A DNA stretch of 64,000 bases from the NCBI GenBank assembly GCA_963842815.1, contig CAWJHU010000003.1, positions 27,683-91,682 of the forward strand, in the 5' to 3' direction. The notes below the pieces were generated by a model. It did no database searches and was not told where the DNA came from. It saw only the letters and a program-made list of their open reading frames with translations. How positions within the stretch are numbered: position 1 is the first letter of the stretch; each line of letters begins with the position of its first letter. The DNA is from Candidatus Nomurabacteria bacterium (lineage in GTDB: Bacteria; Patescibacteriota; Minisyncoccia; Phycocordibacterales; UBA9973). The translations under genes were made by a program, and so were the position numbers. Shown here in pieces: positions 31,844 to 39,698 of this stretch.

Positions 31844-32915
31844 AATTATTGGCATAGGAGAAAGCGAAACAAAAGGAATCCGGCACGGATATGTTGTGGA
31901 CGTGGCTGAAGCGGTAATTTCATTGAAAAATGCTCTGACCATGGCGGAAAGAAATTCGGGTATAAAAATAAAACATGCTTTTGTTTCTATCGGTGGCGTG
32001 ACTTTGCGCGGAGATATAAGCAGTGGAGTAGGAATTATTTCCAAGGCGGACGGCGAAGTGACTAGTTTGGATATAAATAAGGCGCTGCAAGATTGCGAAG
32101 ATAATTTAAATTTGAATAATAAAAAAATAATTAAAATATTTCCCATTTCTTTCAAGCTTGACGGTAAAGAAATTCTCGGCCGGCCGGAAGGCATGCGGGG
32201 AACAAAGCTTGAAATTAAAGCTCTTTTTGCCACCTGTTCCCTTTCGCATTTTGAAGATTTGTTGGAAGTCATAACTCTGGCCGGCATAGAACCTATGGAT
32301 GTTATCGCTTCTCCGGAAGCCGGAAGCCATATAGCTTTGTCTGAAAAGCAAAAAATAGTGGGAGGGGCCTTGGTCAATATTGGCTCCGAAACGGTTTCCC
32401 TTTCGGTTTTTGAAAATGGAATTCTTGTGTCGCTCCACACATTTTCCATTGGCGGAGCGGATATTACCAATGACATTGCTCTGGGAATGAAAGTTTCACT
32501 GGAAAATGCGGAACGCTTTAAGCTCGGAAATATGGGAGAAGATTTTTCCAAGAAAAAATTAGATGAAATTGTTGAGGCGCGCCTTTCCGATATTTTTGAA
32601 TTGATAGAAAATCATTTAAAAAAAATAAAACGAAATGAACTGCTACCGGCGGGTGTCGTGTTCATCGGAGGAAGTGCAAATATTCCCTTGCTTGAAGAGT
32701 ATTCAAAAATTGCTCTGAAACTTCCTTCCAGAACAGGGAGCACGGAAATTTTTGGCAACATAAAAACAAAACTCCGCGACCCCGCTTGGTTTACCGCCCT
32801 GGGTCTTATTATGTCCGACGATGATGGTAATTTTCATTCCGAAGGCCTGTTTCAAAATTTTTTCAGAAACCTAAAAAGAATAGCCAAATCAAATATAAAA
32901 CAGCTGATGCCCTAA
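31752..32915 (+). CDS. ftsA: Cell division protein FtsA
   Basis: GIDMGST, GGADITNDIA, GVVFIGGSA; upstream of ftsZ. Confidence 0.95.
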   Translation: MIRNISIGIDMGSTTTRIVVGEFLKGEKNPKIIGIGESETKGIRHGYVVDVAEAVISLKNALTMAERNSGIKIKHAFVSIGGVTLRGDISSGVGIISKADGEVTSLDINKALQDCEDNLNLNNKKIIKIFPISFKLDGKEILGRPEGMRGTKLEIKALFATCSLSHFEDLLEVITLAGIEPMDVIASPEAGSHIALSEKQKIVGGALVNIGSETVSLSVFENGILVSLHTFSIGGADITNDIALGMKVSLENAERFKLGNMGEDFSKKKLDEIVEARLSDIFELIENHLKKIKRNELLPAGVVFIGGSANIPLLEEYSKIALKLPSRTGSTEIFGNIKTKLRDPAWFTALGLIMSDDDGNFHSEGLFQNFFRNLKRIAKSNIKQLMP

Positions 32916-33025
32916 AAAAACAGATTTTGGCCAAAAGACTTTGGGCTTTGCTTTTTTTTAATTTCTGCTATTATAGGGGGTATATAAATAATTCAACCCA
33001 CGCCTTTGGCGGGGCAAGTAAATGT

Positions 33026-34204
33026 ATGCCTAAATTAAACCCTGAAATAGAAAGTTTTGCTCGCATTATGGTCATCGGAATAGGAGGGTCCGGGAAAAAT
33101 GCTGTTAACCATATGATTAATTCCAGGGTTAAAGGAGTGACATTTATTTGCATGAATACTGACACCCAGGATTTGCATCATTCTCTGGCTGAGAAAAAAA
33201 TTCATATCGGAAAAAATCTTACCAAAGGTCTCGGGGCCGGAATGAATCCGGAAATCGGAAAGAAGGCTGCCGAAGAAACAAAATCCGAAATTCAGGATGT
33301 GATGAAAGGAGCTGATATGATTTTCGTCGCCTGCGGAATGGGCGGAGGGACAGGTACGGGCGCAGCCCCCATTGTCGCTCGCGCAGCCAAAGAACAAGGA
33401 ATTTTGACCGTTGCCGTGGTTACCAAACCTTTCTTTTTTGAAGGGAACCACCGAATGAAAATTGCCGAAAAAGGAATTGAAGAGTTGGCCAAAGAAGTGG
33501 ATGCTATTATTGTTATTCCAAATGATAAATTAATACAGCTGGCTGATAAAAATACGAATTTTAGAGATGCTTTCGCCAGTTGCGATAATGTTTTGCGTCA
33601 AGCGGTGGAAGGTATTTCAGACCTTATTACCATTCCGGGCATTATAAATGTTGATTTTGCGGATATCAGGGCGGTTATGTCGGATGCCGGCAGCGCGCTG
33701 ATGGGCATAGGTCTTGCTTCCGGAGACGGTCGCGCCTCAAAGGCAGCCCTTCAGGCCATCAATTCTCCCCTTTTGGAGGTTTCAATCAATGGCGCCAAGG
33801 GCGTACTCTTTGCCATTTCCGGCGGAGATGACGTGACTATTCATGAGATTCAGGAGGCGGCTAAAATAATTACGGAATCCATAGACAAAGATGCCAAAGT
33901 AATTTTCGGTACCATCAGAGATGAAAAATTAAAAAAGGGCGAATTGAAAGTAACAGTTATTGCCACCAGTTTTGCCAATGAAACACCTCGTAAAAATCTT
34001 TTCAGCGGAACCTCTATTTTAAATCAAACATTATTGAAGGAAGAAAATGCGGCCAAGGCCGTGAAAGAAATACACAATACTATTCAAAATTCAAATATAA
34101 ATAATAAAGATAAAAAAAAGGAGATTCCAGAAGAAATAATTATAGATGATGATACTGAGGATTGGAGCGCTGTGCCGGCTTTTTTGAGACGCAAGAAAAA
34201 TTAA
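33026..34204 (+). CDS. ftsZ: Cell division protein FtsZ
   Basis: GGGTGTG, INVDFAD, C-terminal VPAFLRRK. Confidence 0.99.
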   Translation: MPKLNPEIESFARIMVIGIGGSGKNAVNHMINSRVKGVTFICMNTDTQDLHHSLAEKKIHIGKNLTKGLGAGMNPEIGKKAAEETKSEIQDVMKGADMIFVACGMGGGTGTGAAPIVARAAKEQGILTVAVVTKPFFFEGNHRMKIAEKGIEELAKEVDAIIVIPNDKLIQLADKNTNFRDAFASCDNVLRQAVEGISDLITIPGIINVDFADIRAVMSDAGSALMGIGLASGDGRASKAALQAINSPLLEVSINGAKGVLFAISGGDDVTIHEIQEAAKIITESIDKDAKVIFGTIRDEKLKKGELKVTVIATSFANETPRKNLFSGTSILNQTLLKEENAAKAVKEIHNTIQNSNINNKDKKKEIPEEIIIDDDTEDWSAVPAFLRRKKN

Positions 34205-34232
34205 GGCTGGACAGGTATGTTATAATATCTAA

Positions 34233-35159
34233 ATGACTTACGATTTAATAATTATCGGAGGAGGGCCGGCCGGCGCGGCAGCTGCCGTGTATGCTTCCCG
34301 TAAAAGACTAAAAACTCTGTTCATAACCAAAGAATGGGGCGGACAATCCGTCGTGTCTGAAAAAATTTTTAATTGGATTGGTACTCCATCCATTTCCGGA
34401 GCAGAACTTGCCAATAATCTCAAAAGCCATGTTATGGCAAATACCGGAGAATATTTGGAAATTAAAGAAGGATTAGTGGCAAATGTCGTCGGGTATCCAA
34501 CGCCCGAATTTAAGGTAAAAATAGATTCAGGGGAAGAGTTCTCAACCAAGACAATTTTAATCGCCACCGGCAGCGGGCGCAGAAAACTGGAAGCAAAAAA
34601 CGCGGATAAATTTGAAAATAAAGGTCTTACCTATTGCGCATCCTGCGATGGTCCCCTTTTTGCGGATATGGATGTGGCCGTTATCGGCGGAGGCAATGCT
34701 GCTTTTGAAAGCGCAGCTCAACTTTTGGCCTATTGTAAATCTGTAACTCTTCTGCACCGAAGTGAAAAATTCCGCGCCGATGAAATTACCGTTGAAAAAG
34801 TCTTGGAAAATCCAAAAATGAAAGCAGTAAAAAATATTGACATTTTAGAAGTAAAAGGCGATAAATTCGTGGAAGGAATAATTTACAAAGATAAAATTAC
34901 CGGGAAAGAAACTGAATTGAAAGTTTCCGGCATTTTTGTGGAAATTGGGCAGATTCCGAATACTTCTTTTGTAAAAAATCTTGTCCCGCTGGATGAAATC
35001 GGACGCATTAAAATAAATCCCCTAAATCAAAAAACAGAAGTTCCCGGCATCTGGGCTGCCGGAGATTGTACCACTGTTTTATATCATCAAAATAACATCG
35101 CCGCCGGCGACGCCGTTCGCGCGCTGGAAGATATTTATCTGGCTATTCATACGAAATAA
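34233..35159 (+). CDS. trxB: Thioredoxin reductase-family flavoprotein
   Basis: GGGPAG, CASCDG, GGGNAA, AAGD. Confidence 0.9.
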   Translation: MTYDLIIIGGGPAGAAAAVYASRKRLKTLFITKEWGGQSVVSEKIFNWIGTPSISGAELANNLKSHVMANTGEYLEIKEGLVANVVGYPTPEFKVKIDSGEEFSTKTILIATGSGRRKLEAKNADKFENKGLTYCASCDGPLFADMDVAVIGGGNAAFESAAQLLAYCKSVTLLHRSEKFRADEITVEKVLENPKMKAVKNIDILEVKGDKFVEGIIYKDKITGKETELKVSGIFVEIGQIPNTSFVKNLVPLDEIGRIKINPLNQKTEVPGIWAAGDCTTVLYHQNNIAAGDAVRALEDIYLAIHTK

Positions 35160-35243
35160 AGTTTGACAAAATGGGCTTTTAAATGCTATAATTTTAGCAT
35201 ATAAGTCCTTCGTCATCATTCACTCTTTTTTGGGAGAAATATT

Positions 35244-35405
35244 ATGGTTATGGGAAAACAAAAAACTTTGCCATTATTTCTTTCAATAATGGCTTTTCTG
35301 ATTTATAGTTTAGGTTCAGAGATTACTAGCGTTCAAAAAATTGTTATAATAGTGTTTATAATAGGTTCTATCCTATTATATTTATATTCATATTTAAACT
35401 TTTAA
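35244..35405 (+). CDS. Orphan 53-aa two-TM microprotein (cassette 9, first ORF)
   Basis: TTGACA(35163)-18-TATAAT, GGGAG SD. Confidence 0.55.
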   Translation: MVMGKQKTLPLFLSIMAFLIYSLGSEITSVQKIVIIVFIIGSILLYLYSYLNF

Positions 35406-35421
35406 AAACAAAGGAGGTCCT

Positions 35422-35562
35422 TTGAAAAAAGAAAAAGATTTTTCGAGCCTAAAATATTTGATAAAAGTCGCCTTGGGGAGTGTTTTGGGGTTTTATTTTA
35501 TCCGAACAGTACAAGATGTATTGGTGTACTTAAAGGATTTTATGTTAAATAAAAAACAGTAA
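35422..35562 (+). CDS. Orphan 46-aa microprotein with TTG start (cassette 9, second ORF)
   Basis: AAGGAGG SD, hydrophobic core, terminator 35561-35599. Confidence 0.55.
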   Translation: MKKEKDFSSLKYLIKVALGSVLGFYFIRTVQDVLVYLKDFMLNKKQ

Positions 35563-35633
35563 AACTCGGCTACACGTAACATTGTGTTTCCGGGTTTTTA
35601 TTTTGCAAAAAATATTCTATAATTCATTTATAT

Positions 35634-36377
35634 ATGACGAAAATCACTATTGCTGCCATTAATCTCCAATCCGGTGTGGCCACCACCAAAGGCAATTTTT
35701 ATTATGCATTGACTGCTTGGAAATACTGGCTTCCCCATTCACACAAACCCATCTGTGAAGCTGGAAAAATGTTAAAAAGAGAAAATGTAGATATTGCCTG
35801 CATTACGGAAATATCCGAAAAATCTTTACGAACAGGTTTTCGTTCACAAACAGAAACTTTTGCCCAGAACGCCGAAATGAAAAATACGCATTTCTTTTCC
35901 TTACAGAAAATCGGAAAATTCTTTTTCCATGAAGGCAATGCTCTTGTTTCCAAATATCCAATCAGTGATGTCATCCATCACCCTCTCCATATTGAACTTC
36001 TGCGCATAGGACTGGAAGAAGCAACAGTAGAGATAGAAAATAAAAAGATAAGTGTTTTTATCGCTCACACAGCCTTGCTTCAAAGGAATCGGGAAATTCA
36101 AATTAAAGAAATTATTGAGATTATGAAAAGCAAAAAGGGTCCAATGATTCTGGCGGGCGATTTTAATGCAAGAAACCCTAAGGAACTTGATATTATTGCA
36201 AGGGAAACCATCCTGAAACAAAGATATACTTTAAAGACTTTTCCGTCCTGGAACCCTAAATATCCGCTTGATAATATTTTCTTAAGTGAGAAATTCACTG
36301 TGCTTGATTGTTATATTCCCAAAGGCATGCCTTTCTCGGACCATATGCCGTTGATAGTAAAAGCAGAATTGAAATAA
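35634..36377 (+). CDS. Endonuclease/exonuclease/phosphatase-family protein
   Basis: DIACITE, GNALVS, AGDFN, LDNIF, SDH. Confidence 0.9.
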   Translation: MTKITIAAINLQSGVATTKGNFYYALTAWKYWLPHSHKPICEAGKMLKRENVDIACITEISEKSLRTGFRSQTETFAQNAEMKNTHFFSLQKIGKFFFHEGNALVSKYPISDVIHHPLHIELLRIGLEEATVEIENKKISVFIAHTALLQRNREIQIKEIIEIMKSKKGPMILAGDFNARNPKELDIIARETILKQRYTLKTFPSWNPKYPLDNIFLSEKFTVLDCYIPKGMPFSDHMPLIVKAELK

Positions 36378-36465
36378 AACTTGACAAAACTATTTGCTTC
36401 TGGTATACTTGTGGAGAGTTTAAAATCCACTGTTCCTTTTAATTACAAAAGAAAGAGAAAAAGTC

Positions 36466-36831
36466 ATGCCTACCATTCTTGTAGTTGATGATGAAGTTGG
36501 GATACAGGATGTTCTTAGATTTCTTCTTGAAGATGAGGGCTATGAAGTGCTTCAGGCTAAAACTTTAGCCGAAGCAAGGGAGGTTTTTGATTCTCAAAAA
36601 TCCAAGATAGATGCTATTCTTCTGGATGGAATTATGGATTCAGGAAATACTACAGATCTTCTTTTGAACTATATGGTAAAAGAATCAGAATTTTCAAAAC
36701 CGGTAATAGCATTTTCCGGCGATGAAAAAACACGAAAAAAACAAGTCAAACTTGGTTGCCTCGATGAACTCGACAAAGCCTCGACAGCCGATGAGATTTC
36801 AAATTTTTTCAAAGTTTTGTTTCAAAAATAA
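36466..36831 (+). CDS. Single-domain response regulator receiver (cassette 10)
   Basis: ILVVDDE, ILLD, AFSG, LDK; TTGACA(36381)-17-TATACT; terminator 36853-36884. Confidence 0.85.
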   Translation: MPTILVVDDEVGIQDVLRFLLEDEGYEVLQAKTLAEAREVFDSQKSKIDAILLDGIMDSGNTTDLLLNYMVKESEFSKPVIAFSGDEKTRKKQVKLGCLDELDKASTADEISNFFKVLFQK

Positions 36832-36889
36832 TAAAGAAAAAGTTTCCTTGCGAAGCCCCGCGCAATGTTGCACGAGGCTTTTTTATTTG

Positions 36890-36976
36890 CGGAGACGGTG
36901 AGATTTGAACTCACGATTGGGTTTCCCCAATGCCGGTTTTCGAAACCGGTGCCTTCAACCACTCAGCCACGTCTCC
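36890..36976 (-). tRNA. tRNA-Ser(CGA)
   Basis: Cloverleaf with long variable arm; CCGGT-TTCGAAA-ACCGG. Confidence 0.95.
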
Positions 36977-37055
36977 TTTCTATTTCCACATCTCCGTGTT
37001 TATAATCTAACACTTTTTGCGATTTTTTCAAAAATAATATATTATGAGATGCAAT

Positions 37056-37127
37056 GGCCCTATCGTCTAACGGTTAGGACATCGGCTTTTCAAGCCGGTA
37101 ATTCGGGTTCGATTCCCGGTAGGGTCA
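37056..37127 (+). tRNA. tRNA-Glu(TTC)
   Basis: Cloverleaf; TCGGC-TTTTCAA-GCCGG; terminator at about 37147-37175. Confidence 0.95.
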
Positions 37128-37184
37128 CAAAACGCGCAAAGCAAATAAACTGCTTTTACGTAAGCAGTTTTTTTGTTGGGATTT

Positions 37185-37517
37185 TTATTTTACCGGCGTA
37201 GGGGTTGGGGCTGGGGTTGTTCCCCCATTTGCATTGCTAGGAATATTGTTGTAGTAATCATACCCGCGCATCATTCCATAATCATTTCTATTCATCATTC
37301 CGCGTCCATATGCTCCCCTGATGGAACCGGTAATTTCACCCAGCCTAAATCCGCACCAAAAGATAATTATAATGATGAAAAGTTTCAAAATGATTTTTAC
37401 AAGATGATGTTTCCCGCCATAAAATCCATGACCACCATGCATTCCACAGCAACATTTGCCCTGTGAGCAATCTTTGCATACATTATCTTCGGATTGTTTT
37501 TTATCTAAGTTTTCCAT
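37185..37517 (-). CDS. Hypothetical membrane protein with Cys/His-rich N-terminus
   Basis: 110-aa ORF with one TM segment. Confidence 0.7.
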   Translation of the reverse strand: MENLDKKQSEDNVCKDCSQGKCCCGMHGGHGFYGGKHHLVKIILKLFIIIIIFWCGFRLGEITGSIRGAYGRGMMNRNDYGMMRGYDYYNNIPSNANGGTTPAPTPTPVK

Positions 37518-37677
37518 ATTTATAAATTTTTATATTTATAATGTCGACCTATTTATAATTTGAAAGATATCATATTTCTATGAATTTTTCATGAAGACTA
37601 AAAAGTATAAAATCTCGCAAAATTTTATATAAAATGTTAATATATTCATACTTATCTGATTTTTAATAAAATTTTTT

Positions 37678-38430
37678 ATGAAAAACACCCAAATAATAAT
37701 ATTAGCCGGCGGGAAAGGAGTCCGGATGAAATCAGACGACCCGAAAGCGCTGGTGATGCTTAAAGATAAACCACTTATCAGGCATATTCTAGATACTATT
37801 TCCAGTTTGCAAATGCCAATCAAGCCAATAGTCGTGATATGCCACAAAAAAGAGCGCATAAAAGAGGTTTTAGGAAATAAGGATGTAATATATGCGGAGC
37901 AAGAAAGCCCGTTAGGAACAGGGCACGCCGTCGTCTCAGCTAGAAACAGCGTTTATCATGACCATAAAACAGTTTTGATATTGTCTTGCGACCAGCCCCT
38001 TATTTCAAAAGAAACAATTGAACGTTTATTGAAAAAACATAACGAAAAAAAACCGACCATAACCATAGCCACGGTACAGATGCCGGATTTTGAAGAGTGG
38101 AGGTCTGCTCTAAGGCATTTCGGCAGAATAATTCGCGGGAGCGACGGAACAGTAGAAAGCATAATTGAATTTAAAGACGCAACGGAAAAAGAAAAACTAG
38201 TCAAAGAGTTGAATCCGGCAGTATACGCCTTTGACGCGGATTGGCTTTGGAAAAATATTAGTCTGATAAAAAATGAAAACAGGCAGGGTGAATATTATTT
38301 GACCGACCTCATTAAAATAGCCCGTGATCAGGGTAAAAAAATTGAAGCGGTGCCGGTGGCAAATATTTTAGAGGGATTGCAACCCAATACCAGAGAAGAA
38401 CTTGAAATATTAGAGAAGCTTGCCTTATAA
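37678..38430 (+). CDS. GlmU-like nucleotidyltransferase (N-terminal domain only)
   Basis: LAGGKGVRMKSDDPK, LGTGHAV, QGEYYLTD. Confidence 0.88.
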   Translation: MKNTQIIILAGGKGVRMKSDDPKALVMLKDKPLIRHILDTISSLQMPIKPIVVICHKKERIKEVLGNKDVIYAEQESPLGTGHAVVSARNSVYHDHKTVLILSCDQPLISKETIERLLKKHNEKKPTITIATVQMPDFEEWRSALRHFGRIIRGSDGTVESIIEFKDATEKEKLVKELNPAVYAFDADWLWKNISLIKNENRQGEYYLTDLIKIARDQGKKIEAVPVANILEGLQPNTREELEILEKLAL

Positions 38431-38461
38431 TCAAATTATTGTATTGTTCTTAATAAATAAT

Positions 38462-38534
38462 GCGCGGTTAGCTCAGTTGGTAGAGCATCCCCTTGACGTG
38501 GGGAGGGTCACAGGTTCGAGTCCTGTATCGCGCA
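38462..38534 (+). tRNA. tRNA-Val(GAC)
   Basis: Cloverleaf; TCCCC-TTGACGT-GGGGA. Confidence 0.95.
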
Positions 38535-38535
38535 C

Positions 38536-39681
38536 ATGAAAATTTTAAGCATTGAAACATCCTGCGATGACACGGGCATAACTTTGATGGAGACAAAAGG
38601 GGGTATAAGAAATGCTTCTTTTAAAATCTTAGCCAATGTTTCTAATTCGCAAATAAAAATACACGCCGAATATGGCGGAGTGTTTCCAATGCTGGCCAAA
38701 AGAGAACATATAAAAAATTTGCCGATACTTTTGGAACAGGTACTTAAAAAAGCTAATCAAGAAAAAAACAAAAAACCTGTGGATGCCGTGGCTGTGACCT
38801 ATGGGCCGGGGTTGGAACCGGCACTCTGGAGCGGAATTGTTTTTGCCAAAGAATTGGCAAAAAAATGGAACATTCCTCTAATTCCGGTAAATCACATGGA
38901 GGGACATATTTTATCCGTGTTTGGAAAGACAAAAGGACAATTTAAAATTCCGAAAATAAATTCCCCTATTCTTTCTTTGCTTGTTTCCGGCGGACATACG
39001 GAACTTATACTAACAAAAAATTTCAAACGGTATGAAATCCTGGGTGAAACGTTGGATGACGCGGCCGGAGAAGCGTTTGATAAAGTAGCCAGAATGATGA
39101 ACCTTCCCTACCCTGGCGGACCAGAGATTTCAAAGCTGGCGGAGCTTCAAAGGGCAAGGAAAAAACTAATCTTTTCGGGGTCGCTGTCTCCGCGTGCTCG
39201 CGGAGCGCTGCCTCTCGGCTCGTCAGCCTGCGAGACACCCCGCAAAGATTGTTTTTCCCTCGCCCTTCCCCGCCCGATGCTTCACAGTAAAAATTTTGAT
39301 TTTTCTTTTTCCGGCCTGAAAACCGCCGTTCTTTATTTAATTCAAAAAATCGGGAAATTGGATTATAAAACAAAAACAAAAATCGCTTTAGAATTTGAAA
39401 ATGCGGTAGTGGATGTCCTGGTTTATAAAACAATCAAAGCTAAAGAAAAATTCAAGGCAAAAACCGTCATCGTCGCCGGCGGAGTAGCTGGGAATTCACA
39501 TCTGCAAAAACAAATAAAAAAAGCTCTGGGCAAAAAAACCAAATTATTTTTCCCGAAAAAAGGATTGACCGGAGACAATTCCATAATGATAGGCATAGCC
39601 GGATATTTGAATTATCTTAAAAATAAAAAGAAAGTGCCGAAAATAGATAATATAAAAGCGACTGGTAATTTAAGGCTTTAA
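38536..39681 (+). CDS. tsaD: tRNA t6A synthase TsaD with an in-frame insertion
   Basis: IETSCDDT, NHMEGH, DDAAGEAFDK, FSFSGLKT. Confidence 0.97.
   Translation: MKILSIETSCDDTGITLMETKGGIRNASFKILANVSNSQIKIHAEYGGVFPMLAKREHIKNLPILLEQVLKKANQEKNKKPVDAVAVTYGPGLEPALWSGIVFAKELAKKWNIPLIPVNHMEGHILSVFGKTKGQFKIPKINSPILSLLVSGGHTELILTKNFKRYEILGETLDDAAGEAFDKVARMMNLPYPGGPEISKLAELQRARKKLIFSGSLSPRARGALPLGSSACETPRKDCFSLALPRPMLHSKNFDFSFSGLKTAVLYLIQKIGKLDYKTKTKIALEFENAVVDVLVYKTIKAKEKFKAKTVIVAGGVAGNSHLQKQIKKALGKKTKLFFPKKGLTGDNSIMIGIAGYLNYLKNKKKVPKIDNIKATGNLRL
39150..39267. repeat. Intragenic branched palindromic element in tsaD
   Basis: About 31-bp imperfect terminal IR enclosing two GC-rich hairpins. Confidence 0.85.
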
Positions 39682-39698
39682 TATGATATTATTTAGGT

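Noticed and set aside
31667-32551. 294-aa ORF antisense to ftsA, and other long shadow ORFs (for example 26439-27077, 8924-9430)
   Set aside because: They are opposite-strand shadows of conserved genes and have no motifs or expression signals.
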